DNA of 53,232 bases from Thermoleophilia bacterium (lineage in GTDB: Bacteria; Actinomycetota; Thermoleophilia; RBG-16-64-13). Shown here piece by piece: positions 16,635 to 24,782 of the stretch; the first letter of the stretch is position 1; each line of letters begins with the position of its first letter. Below the pieces are notes generated by a model. That model saw nothing but the letters and a program-made list of their open reading frames with translations. It was not told where the DNA came from and searched no databases. A program made the position numbers and the translations under genes. Where the stretch lies: assembly GCA_017882525.1 (NCBI GenBank), contig JADGPI010000015.1, positions 1-53,232 of the forward strand. Reading direction: 5' to 3'.

Positions 16635-17270
16635 ATGGCGTTTCCGTATAACGAGAAGGTGTTGGAGCACTTTCGGCATCCGCAGAACGTGGGCAAGATC
16701 GAAGATGCGGACGGCAAAGCCACCGAGGGGAGCCCGGCCTGCGGCGACATGGTGGCCGTCTACATCAAGGTCGATCCTGAGACGAAGGTGCTGAACGACG
16801 TGAAGTTCGAGTCCTACGGGTGCGCCTCCAACATCGCTACCGGATCGATCATCACCCAACTGGCGAAGGGCAAGACGCTGTCCGATGCCAAGAAGATCAC
16901 CTGGAAGCAAGCGTCCGACGAGCTGGGCGGTTTGCCGGCGATCAAGGCCCACTGCTCGGTGCTGGCCGTGGAAGGCTTGAGGGCCGCGATCCGTGACTAC
17001 GAAGAGAGACACGGACTGGTCACCGAGCGGGAACCCACGACAGAAGCCGTGATCAAACGCCGCCTCCGCCACGTGATGAATCCCCTCCGTGGCTTGGACG
17101 TGGTCCGCACGGATCTCATCAAGGAGATCGAGGTCAAAGACGGCGTAGTGCGGATCGTGGCCGATCTGGCTGCGGATCACCAGTTCGCTCCTGTCATCAA
17201 GGCCGACATCGCCGAGAAGATCGAGTCGCTCTGGGACGTCAAACAGGTGGTCATCGAGTTCGTGGGGTAG
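16635..17270 (+). CDS. iscU: IscU/NifU-N Fe-S scaffold fused to a C-terminal DUF59 (MIP18/SufT-like) domain
   Basis: The N-terminal ~125 aa carry the three scaffold Cys (SPACGD, YGCASNIA, KAHCSVLA). The C-terminal ~80 aa (VMNPLRGLDVVRTDLIKEIEV...VVRIVADL...) look like DUF59. Confidence 0.85.
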   Translation: MAFPYNEKVLEHFRHPQNVGKIEDADGKATEGSPACGDMVAVYIKVDPETKVLNDVKFESYGCASNIATGSIITQLAKGKTLSDAKKITWKQASDELGGLPAIKAHCSVLAVEGLRAAIRDYEERHGLVTEREPTTEAVIKRRLRHVMNPLRGLDVVRTDLIKEIEVKDGVVRIVADLAADHQFAPVIKADIAEKIESLWDVKQVVIEFVG

Positions 17271-17336
17271 ATACGGCCAAGGATTCCCGGACGCGCCCAC
17301 CCGGAGTTCGCGCAGACGTGGCGAGGCGCTAAACGA

Positions 17337-18611
17337 TCAGGGAACCACTTGGCCGGCGGTTGAAGCATCCGCGAACGCCACGCCTGTCAGCCGTGCCACC
17401 AGGGCCGCATCGGCGGGCGAGATGGCGTGCAGAGCGGCGATGAAAGGCGTCGATCCGCCGGCCTCAAGGTCAAAGAGGTGCGCGGTCTGAAATCCCAGCA
17501 AACCCCCCGCCGAGTCGTACAAAGCCACGCCGACGTCGATCAGGCTGACATCGCGGCCGGAGTCGTTCGTAACTTCGCCCGCGGCCGCGTAACCCACGTG
17601 CGCATCCAGGCGTCCGCCAAGTTCCGTCACCGGCAGGCGAAGATCGGGAGAGCCCACGGGTAGCCCATGTACCGTAAGCCGGACGGTGGTCGTGGCGACA
17701 CCGCCTGGCGCGACAGTGTTTTCTAATCCGACGTATGCCGCTTCCCCGGGGGCTAGCACTCGCGGTACGAACTCCAGTACGCCCCTATCCCACAGGACAG
17801 AGCCCTGCGCATTCAGCCCAGAAGCAGTAGCGTAAAGCTCTACCACAGCGTTACCTCTGTTCTCGACCCGGGCTGCGTAATGCTGGGTGGTCACTCCATT
17901 GGCCTGGAGGGGCTGCCAACTCGATAGATGCTCGTCGGTGATCGAGAGTAACTGCAACGAGTCAGACGCGTACCTGAGGGAGATAAGGTTGTAGAGGAGT
18001 GCCGCGACTTCGCCTCGGGTTATGGGATCGGCCGGATGGTCCTTGGTGGCGGACCATTCGAGGCCGTCGAGCAGCCCTGCATATTGTGCCCGGTCTGCCC
18101 ACGGCGCATGGACTGTGTCGAACGCGCCGAAGACAGACGTCACGCCGGGGGGAGGCTGGTCCGTGAGCGCGACCGCGGACCGGGAGACCATGGTTATCGC
18201 TTGGGCTATGGTTATGTTCCGCAAAGGTGCGAACGTCGTGGCATCGACGCCTTGGGTGATCCCGTTATCTGCTGCCGCGGCCACGTAGTGATACGGGTAC
18301 AGACTGTCGGGGTCGTTGGTCACGTCGGTGAAGGCGGAAATGCTTGTGTCGCTCACCGGCAGGGCCAATGTCAGCACGATCATCTTGGCGAATTGCTGGC
18401 GGCTTATGAACTGGTTCGGCCCGAAGCTGCCGTCCTGAAACCCCTCGACGATGTGGGACGCGGCGAGCGCCTCGACCTTGGACTGATAGGGGTAGTCGTC
18501 ACCGACATCGGGAAACGGTCCGGCCAGCGCGGGAGCTGCCCAAGCCGTGAGCAGCAGCGTTATGGCCGCAAGAACAAGCCCGGTCGTCTTGAATATCCGT
18601 CTTGCTTCCAC
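17337..18611 (-). CDS. Secreted S-layer-homology (SLH) domain protein
   Basis: Signal peptide ending APALA. SLH repeats (FPDVGDDYPYQSKVEALAASHIVEGF...; FTDVTN...YHYVAAAADNGITQGV...) are followed by an unassigned beta-rich C-terminal domain. Confidence 0.8.
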   Translation of the reverse strand: MEARRIFKTTGLVLAAITLLLTAWAAPALAGPFPDVGDDYPYQSKVEALAASHIVEGFQDGSFGPNQFISRQQFAKMIVLTLALPVSDTSISAFTDVTNDPDSLYPYHYVAAAADNGITQGVDATTFAPLRNITIAQAITMVSRSAVALTDQPPPGVTSVFGAFDTVHAPWADRAQYAGLLDGLEWSATKDHPADPITRGEVAALLYNLISLRYASDSLQLLSITDEHLSSWQPLQANGVTTQHYAARVENRGNAVVELYATASGLNAQGSVLWDRGVLEFVPRVLAPGEAAYVGLENTVAPGGVATTTVRLTVHGLPVGSPDLRLPVTELGGRLDAHVGYAAAGEVTNDSGRDVSLIDVGVALYDSAGGLLGFQTAHLFDLEAGGSTPFIAALHAISPADAALVARLTGVAFADASTAGQVVP

Positions 18612-18686
18612 AGTGGGGAATGTAGCATGAGGAGGCCGCGGAACGCGACACGGTGTGCGGCGGCCGGCAGCGCGGCCGCCGACCCG

Positions 18687-20771
18687 TCAATGGTGGGGCC
18701 GGCCATTCTCGAGAATGGCGAGCAGCTCCTCGGGTTTGGTAGTAGGGGCGGAACACGAGTGTCCGGCGCACACCCACGCGGTCGCGTCAGCACCGCGGGG
18801 CCCGGTCGCAGGTTCCTTCCCGTCCAACATAGGTACGGATGAAGCTGCTCCCGGGGCCTTGCCGGCCACAACCTTATCCGGCCGGTACTTCGCAAACACA
18901 ACTCGCAGCAACGCCTCCGTGTCGGTGGCATGGGGTGGGCCGACCACTGCAACCTGGCGCACACCCGCGGTTAGCAGCTGGTTCGACTGGAGCCATTGCC
19001 CGAACGCCACCGGCATGCTGTCAAACAGCCGCTGCGCCGTGCGTAGGGCTCCCTCAGCGAGGTCTTGATAGCGCCCTTCTCCCGTGAAAGCGGCCAACCG
19101 AAGCAGCACGATCGCGGCCTTGGAGTTCCCGCTGGGCAAGACGTTGTCTTGGAGCGAGCGAGGCCTCGTGATGAGGGCCTCGTGGTCGTCGCTGGTATCG
19201 AAGAACCCGCCTGCCGGGTGGCGGAAATGAAGGATCATGGAGTCTGCGAGTGTGCGCGCGGCAACGAACCAACGGTCCACGAACGTGGCCTGATACAGGG
19301 CCAGAAGCCCGTCGCAGACATCGGCATAGTCCTCTAGGTAGCCATTGCCACCCCGGACTCCTCCCTTCCACGAGCGAACTAGTCGGTGGTTCTCCGTCAA
19401 CATCTCTCGCAACAAGAACTCGCCACAATTCCGAGCCGCTTCCAGATAGCGCTCCGACTCGAATGCGCGGGCGGCCTCGGCCAGCGAAGTGAGCATCAAG
19501 CCGTTCCACGCGGCGAGCGCCTTCTCGTCTCGATCTGGGTGTACCCGCCGATCCCTGACCGCTAGAAGACGGCCTCGCGCCTGCGTTAGGAGCTCTGTGT
19601 CACGGGGATGGTCCGGCGGCTCCACCAAACTGAGCACGTTCCAGCCTTCGAAGTTGCCCCCCGCGGTTACGCCGTAGGATCGAGAGAAAAGCTCCGCTTC
19701 GGCTCCCAATGCCGCTTCTACCTCATCACGACGCCAGACGAAGAACCTGCCTTCCTCTCCTTCTGAATCGGCGTCCTGTGCGCTGAAAAAGGCCCCGTCG
19801 GCGCTCGTCATCTCGCGGAGCACATAGTCGAGCGTTTCCTCGGCCACCTCGCGATAGCGCCGCTTGCCTGTGAGCTGCCATCCACGCAGATAGCACGTGG
19901 CGAGAAGCGCGTTGTCATACAGCATCTTCTCGAAGTGGGGGACGAGCCAGCGTTCGTCCGTGGAATAGCGGTGGAAACCTCCACCCAGATGGTCGTAGAT
20001 GCCACCCGCGGCCATCGAGTCGAGCGCCAGCTCGAACTGTTGACGGACGTCGGGGTCTCGGTTGAGCGCATAGTCTGCGAGCAAGTACTGGAGGGGGAGC
20101 GGCTGCGGGAACTTGGGCGCGCCGCCCCAACCTCCGTTGCGATCATCGGATCCCTGGCGAAGGCTTTGGATGGTCCGGTCTCTCCAGCCGGTGTCGACCG
20201 TGAACTCCGCCCCGGGCCGGATGCCGACAGCCCGCTCGTCGTGAGCCGAAGTGACTCCTTCTTCAGCTCCGTGCTCTCTTGCGAGACGATCCACCAACGT
20301 CCGAGCGGTGCCCTCGATGTCCTCGCGACGATCCGCCCAGGCTTCCGCTATCGCCTCGAGCACCTGGCGGAAAGAAGGCATGCCGGACCGCGGGAGATCC
20401 GGGAAGTAGGTGCCCCCGTAGAATGGGGCTCCCGTGGGCGTGAGCCAGACGCTGAGTGGCCACCCGCCGCGGCCGGTAAGGTTGGTGACGGCGTCCATGT
20501 AGATGGAGTCGAGATCGGGCCGCTCTTCCCGGTCGACCTTGATGCTCACGAAGCTCCGGTTGAGAACTTCGGCCAACTCGGGGTCGGTGAAAGACTCTCG
20601 TTCCATGACATGGCACCAGTGGCACGCGGAATAACCGATACTGAGAAAGACAGGCTTCTCCTCGCGGGCGGCCTTGTCGAGAGCTTCCTTGCCCCAGGGG
20701 TACCAATCCACGGGGTTGCCGGCGTGCTGGAGCAGGTAGGGACTCGTCTCTCGAGACAGCCGATTGGGCAC
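18687..20771 (-). CDS. Thioredoxin-domain protein of the DUF255/YyaL (SPATA20-like) family
   Basis: The N-terminus [22 protein letters not shown]...[20 protein letters not shown] is diagnostic. The rest is the six-hairpin glycosidase-like domain. GTG start after GAGGAG. Confidence 0.9.
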   Translation of the reverse strand: MPNRLSRETSPYLLQHAGNPVDWYPWGKEALDKAAREEKPVFLSIGYSACHWCHVMERESFTDPELAEVLNRSFVSIKVDREERPDLDSIYMDAVTNLTGRGGWPLSVWLTPTGAPFYGGTYFPDLPRSGMPSFRQVLEAIAEAWADRREDIEGTARTLVDRLAREHGAEEGVTSAHDERAVGIRPGAEFTVDTGWRDRTIQSLRQGSDDRNGGWGGAPKFPQPLPLQYLLADYALNRDPDVRQQFELALDSMAAGGIYDHLGGGFHRYSTDERWLVPHFEKMLYDNALLATCYLRGWQLTGKRRYREVAEETLDYVLREMTSADGAFFSAQDADSEGEEGRFFVWRRDEVEAALGAEAELFSRSYGVTAGGNFEGWNVLSLVEPPDHPRDTELLTQARGRLLAVRDRRVHPDRDEKALAAWNGLMLTSLAEAARAFESERYLEAARNCGEFLLREMLTENHRLVRSWKGGVRGGNGYLEDYADVCDGLLALYQATFVDRWFVAARTLADSMILHFRHPAGGFFDTSDDHEALITRPRSLQDNVLPSGNSKAAIVLLRLAAFTGEGRYQDLAEGALRTAQRLFDSMPVAFGQWLQSNQLLTAGVRQVAVVGPPHATDTEALLRVVFAKYRPDKVVAGKAPGAASSVPMLDGKEPATGPRGADATAWVCAGHSCSAPTTKPEELLAILENGRPHH

Positions 20772-20919
20772 TGCGACTCCTCATCGGAAATGCTTCAGGT
20801 TCGTGCCCTTTCTCTCTTCCCTCCTGAGTCGCTTTTGTACCCGACGACGCGCGCCCATTGAGATGTAATAATGGGAACCATTGTCGGGGAGACGCAGCGC
20901 GGTGCTTCGGGAGGCACGT

Positions 20920-21066
20920 ATGCCCAGGTTCGTTGGTAGGAGAACGCACGGTCTATGGTGGGATGTGGGGGCGGTGATCGTCCTCGCTATCATCATTGTG
21001 GTGGTCCTTCAGGTGACCGGCACGGTTCATGTTTTCGGCGCTCTGCCCGGCCCGGCTCTGGGCTGA
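20920..21066 (+). CDS. Possible 48-aa single-pass membrane peptide
   Basis: GGGAGG lies 5 nt before ATG 20920. It has one strongly hydrophobic helix (VGAVIVLAIIIVVVLQV) and sits just upstream of the PRC-barrel gene. No homology evidence. Confidence 0.3.
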   Translation: MPRFVGRRTHGLWWDVGAVIVLAIIIVVVLQVTGTVHVFGALPGPALG

Positions 21067-21124
21067 CTCCGGCGCTGCGGGTGTCTTTAAGGTCGTACGT
21101 CATCCTCCGAGGAGGTATTGGATC

Positions 21125-21661
21125 ATGAAGGCAAGTGAAGTCGTAGGTCGCACTGTCGTCACACGCGAAGGCGGTCAAGAGCTCGGCAAAGTGAAGGACA
21201 TTGTGGTAGACGAGCCTGGCCAGAAGATCCTTGGGCTCGTGGTGTCGGAGGGCCTGCTCACGGGCGCCAGAGTCGCCCCTTGGTCGGCTCTGCAGGCGAT
21301 CGGCCCGGATTCCGTGATCCTTTCCACCAAGGAAAGCGTGGTGAAGCCCTCTGAGGTGCCGGAGATACAGCGCGTGCTAGACAGCAAGAAAGCCATCCGG
21401 GGTCTTAGGCTCCAGACGACCGAAGGAAAAGACCTGGGCAAGGTAGAGGATCTCGAATTCGACGAGTCGACCGGCGCCGTGGAGGGCTACATACTGTCGG
21501 GCGGACTTCTCTCCGACACTGTTTCTGGGCACTCGTTCCTGCCGTTACCGCTTTCCATCGAGCTGGGGAAGGACGTCGCTTTCGTCTCGCCTGAGGCGGA
21601 GGCAGCGATCCAGCAACTAAGCGGCGGCATAAAGGGGGCATTCAAGCGCTCGGATCAATGA
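21125..21661 (+). CDS. Tandem PRC-barrel domain protein
   Basis: GGAGGT precedes ATG 21125. There are two copies of the PRC-barrel signature (VVGRTVVTREGGQELGKVKDIVVD and IRGLRLQTTEGKDLGKVEDLEFD). Confidence 0.75.
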   Translation: MKASEVVGRTVVTREGGQELGKVKDIVVDEPGQKILGLVVSEGLLTGARVAPWSALQAIGPDSVILSTKESVVKPSEVPEIQRVLDSKKAIRGLRLQTTEGKDLGKVEDLEFDESTGAVEGYILSGGLLSDTVSGHSFLPLPLSIELGKDVAFVSPEAEAAIQQLSGGIKGAFKRSDQ

Positions 21662-21665
21662 ACGT

Positions 21666-22868
21666 CTAGAGCTTGAGAAGGCTGACCGCGATCACGTCGG
21701 GTGAGTCCGATCTGATCGAATCGAGGACCTTCTTCGGGGGAGCCTTGCTCAGCTGGATACGGGCTGCCGCTGCCGCCGCGCCCTGGAAGACAACGTTCTC
21801 CATCTCTTCGATGTTGATGCCCGCGGCCCGGAGTTTGTCGAGGACCCCGGCCAGCGCTCCCACGCGGTCGTAGTGTGTGACGACCAGAAGGTGAGTGGCC
21901 GGCGTCTTCTCGGCCAGGTTCACCGTGTTCGGCGCGTGCCGCTTGCTCATGAACTCGCGGAGGATCCTCACGGTCTCGTCGGCGATGGCCTGCTGCGCCT
22001 GGTCGGTAGAGGCGCCGATGTGGTGGGTGCCGATCACTCCGTCGAGCTCGAAAAGACTGCTGTCGACTTTCCCGATGCCGCCTTCGGGCTCGCCGGCGAA
22101 AACGTCGAGCCCGGCGCGGATGCCGTGCTCTCTGACGGCATCGGCGAGCGCTTCCTCGTCGACGATCTCGGCGCGCGAGGTGTTGATGAAGAACGCTCCC
22201 GCGGGCATGGCTGCGAAGAAGTCCGCGTCGATGATCCGGCGGGTGTCCTCATTGAGCGCCAGGTGTACGCTCGCGATGTCGACCGCCGCCGCCACCTCGC
22301 GTGCGGATCCCGCCATCCGTACCCCCAGTCGTGCGGCCTCGGTATCCGTGAGCGAGCGGCTCCAGGCAACCACCGGCATGCCGAAGGCGTGAGCGCGGAT
22401 CGCCATCTCGCGTCCAACCCTGCCCAGACCGACGATACCGAGCGTTCGCCCAAAGAGGCCGTGGGCTCTGCTGTACTCCTTTTTGTTCCAGACTCCGATC
22501 TTTAGATCGGCGGCATTCTCGGGGATGCGGCGGTCGAGAGCGAGGATAAGGCCGAAAGCAAGCTCGGCCACGGCGATCGAATTCTTCCCCGGGCAATTCG
22601 CCACCAGGATGCCGCGCTCCGAAGCGGCCTCGACGTCGATGGTGTTGAAACCGGCGCCGGCGCGAAGGACAAGACCCAAGTTGCCTCTCTCCAACATGGG
22701 CCGCGTGACCTGGGTCGACCGCACCACCAGGACCTCAGGGCCCTGGACGCAAATGGCATCCACGAGGGCCTCGTCGGCGAGTCCCGGCGCGTAGAGCACG
22801 TCCGCACCTAGGTGCCGCAACTCTTCCAGACCGGCCACGGGGAACGTGTCCGCGATCAAGACCCGCAT
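21666..22868 (-). CDS. serA: D-3-phosphoglycerate dehydrogenase-type 2-hydroxyacid dehydrogenase with C-terminal ACT domain
   Basis: ATG 22868 follows GGAGGGAGG. NAD motif GIVGLGRVGREMA, catalytic region TSRAEIVDEEAL...GTHHIGAST, and an ACT-like tail (LLVVTHYDRVGALAGVLDKL). Confidence 0.8.
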   Translation of the reverse strand: MRVLIADTFPVAGLEELRHLGADVLYAPGLADEALVDAICVQGPEVLVVRSTQVTRPMLERGNLGLVLRAGAGFNTIDVEAASERGILVANCPGKNSIAVAELAFGLILALDRRIPENAADLKIGVWNKKEYSRAHGLFGRTLGIVGLGRVGREMAIRAHAFGMPVVAWSRSLTDTEAARLGVRMAGSAREVAAAVDIASVHLALNEDTRRIIDADFFAAMPAGAFFINTSRAEIVDEEALADAVREHGIRAGLDVFAGEPEGGIGKVDSSLFELDGVIGTHHIGASTDQAQQAIADETVRILREFMSKRHAPNTVNLAEKTPATHLLVVTHYDRVGALAGVLDKLRAAGINIEEMENVVFQGAAAAAARIQLSKAPPKKVLDSIRSDSPDVIAVSLLKL

Positions 22869-22933
22869 GTACTGCCTCCCTCCAGCTTGGCTGGCCCGCG
22901 GCACACCTTCGGTCTGCGACGCCTCGCCAGCAC

Positions 22934-23332
22934 CTAGGCAACTGCGGCGGCGAGGGCTCGTCGCAATCGCGCAGTGACTTCTTCTGCAATGGGGGCGAGC
23001 GCGTCGTTGCCGGTGAACTGCATCGCGGCCGAGGCGTTCATCACCGAAACGGTGGAACCGCCGCCATCGCGCTCGTATACGATCACGTTGCACGGCAGCA
23101 GCAGCCCGATCTCCACCTCGGCGGTAAGAGCGCGCAGGGCGAGTGGCGGGTTGCAGGCGCCCAAAATGACGTACCGACGAAAATCCACATCCAGTTTGGC
23201 CTTGAGCGTCGCCTGTACGTCGATGGTGGTGAGCACACCGAAGCCCTCAGTCTTGAGAGCCGCCGTGACTCGTTCAAGGGCCTGCTCGTAGGGCAGGTCT
23301 ACGTCTGCCGAGAAGCCGTAGGGTGTTTCCAT
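22934..23332 (-). CDS. DUF302 domain protein
   Basis: 132 aa. FGVLTTIDVQATLKAKLDVDFRRYVILGACNP is the DUF302 core. The upstream part of the 304-aa track ORF is an Arg/Pro-rich shadow. Confidence 0.8.
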   Translation of the reverse strand: METPYGFSADVDLPYEQALERVTAALKTEGFGVLTTIDVQATLKAKLDVDFRRYVILGACNPPLALRALTAEVEIGLLLPCNVIVYERDGGGSTVSVMNASAAMQFTGNDALAPIAEEVTARLRRALAAAVA

Positions 23333-24192
23333 ACGCGTTTCCCCTCCATTTCGCGCATTTGGTCGATCGGCCGCAGGATCAACCGCAGTCTCCACACCAG
23401 CAGCCCCACCAGCCCGCCAACGATGGCGAGGTACAACGCCGGGTAGAACCACGCCGGCAACGTGAAGGTCGGGAGCTGCACCCGTACGAAATTGTTGCCC
23501 AGACGGAAGAGAGTGAAACCCAGGGCGAAAGTGAGGAAGGGTATCCCATCGGGGGAATGCCGCCGCGCAAGCCAAACGGCGAGCGCGCCGAACGCGAGCG
23601 CGGCCGTCAGTTCGTACAACTGCGTGGGGTGCACTGGCTGCACGGGCGCTGCCCCTGTGAGAAGGCCGAGGGGACTGGTTTTCCCCCGGAGGAGTTGCGC
23701 GGCCCAAGCGGGGCTTCCTGAAGGATAGGTGACACCCCAGGGAAGCCCGGTCGTCTTGCCGAAACAGCAGCCGTTGAGAAAACATCCTACCCTCATCAGC
23801 ACGATGCCTGCAGCAAGTGCGGGGACAGCGGCGTCGGCGAGACGCCACAAGGGAAGCCGCCAGACTCTAGCAAGCGCCGCAGCCACGACCAAGGCGAGGA
23901 TCAGCCCTCCGTAGAGCGAGAACCCGGTGAACTGGGCGGCGTAGATCCGCGAGTGGTGCTGAGCGTAGTATCCCCAGTTGACCATAAGATCCAGGAGGCG
24001 GCTGCCGACGATCCCCACTCCGAGCGCTACGACGAATATGAGAAGTACTCGCCACCAAGAGAATCCGCGGCGCCAGGCGATCGCCGTCCCCAGAGCCAGC
24101 GCCGCCAACCACGCGAGCACCATGAAGGTGCCGTACGATCGCAATGTGATCTGCTCCCCGCCCATGCTGAAGGTGGCCAAGACCGGATGCAT
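23299..24192 (-). CDS. lgt: Prolipoprotein diacylglyceryl transferase
   Basis: LRSYGTFMVLAW, FSLYGGLI, RVGCFLNGCCFGK, PWGVTYP and HPTQLYE are Lgt signature blocks. Confidence 0.9.
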   Translation of the reverse strand: MHPVLATFSMGGEQITLRSYGTFMVLAWLAALALGTAIAWRRGFSWWRVLLIFVVALGVGIVGSRLLDLMVNWGYYAQHHSRIYAAQFTGFSLYGGLILALVVAAALARVWRLPLWRLADAAVPALAAGIVLMRVGCFLNGCCFGKTTGLPWGVTYPSGSPAWAAQLLRGKTSPLGLLTGAAPVQPVHPTQLYELTAALAFGALAVWLARRHSPDGIPFLTFALGFTLFRLGNNFVRVQLPTFTLPAWFYPALYLAIVGGLVGLLVWRLRLILRPIDQMREMEGKRVWKHPTASRQT

Positions 24193-24251
24193 TTCTCACA
24201 TTCCTCGATGCTCGAAGTTTGGGCCTGAAAACCTCGGCTGTCCCCGAGACC

Positions 24252-24491
24252 TCACTTGCCCACGGTCCACACGCCTTTGTACGAGAAGCCTGGGCCCGAG
24301 CCACTCAACGTGCCCTTGGTGACGTAGTCGCTTCCCTCGCTGGCGACGGTCCCAGTCATCCTGGTGGCGTTGCCACCGGACGAAAGCACGTCGAAGATGA
24401 GGCTGCTGCCAGAATAGGGGCCCGCCTGATGGCCGGCTGCCGCGCCTTGCTTCAGTACGTACCGGCCGACGGCCATCGAAGTCGCGGTCAT
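24252..24491 (-). CDS. Small Gly/Ser/Thr-rich hypothetical protein (79 aa)
   Basis: ATG 24491 is preceded by GGGAGGGAGCGAGG. The beta-rich sequence has no recognised family. An in-frame upstream ATG at 24509 lies inside the heptamer repeat. Confidence 0.4.
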   Translation of the reverse strand: MTATSMAVGRYVLKQGAAAGHQAGPYSGSSLIFDVLSSGGNATRMTGTVASEGSDYVTKGTLSGSGPGFSYKGVWTVGK

Positions 24492-24502
24492 CCTCGCTCC
24501 CT

Positions 24503-24523
24503 CCCTCATCCCTCATCCCTCAT
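24503..24523. repeat. Perfect tandem heptamer (CCCTCAT)x3, read ATGAGGG x3 on the minus strand
   Basis: Read directly at 24503-24509, 24510-24516 and 24517-24523. Confidence 0.95.
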
Positions 24524-24782
24524 CACAAGATGACAGTGGTGCCAAGCACTCAAGGTTTGCGCGGGGAACAGGACCCGTGGTCCCTTCCGTCCGAGCATAT
24601 CCGAACGGGGCCCATAGGCGCAATGGGCACCGAGCGCCCCGCATTTTTCACAGGTTTCAGAAGAAAATGGATTGTGCACTTTATCCGGATATCGGTGGCG
24701 CACGCGGGATGAGCACCCATCCGCCCGGGCACGCCGAATCGGAGATAGGACCAGCCTGGGTCAGGCTGAGGGGGAAAGTCAC

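Noticed and set aside
22869-23093. N-terminal extensions of track ORFs (21666-23093, 22934-23848, 26236-28056, 28506-29393, 48178-49116)
   Set aside because: In each case homology begins at an internal ATG that is preceded by a good SD (22868, 23332, 27777, 29183, 48642). The upstream part is Arg/Pro-rich and overlaps the neighbouring gene or its promoter region.
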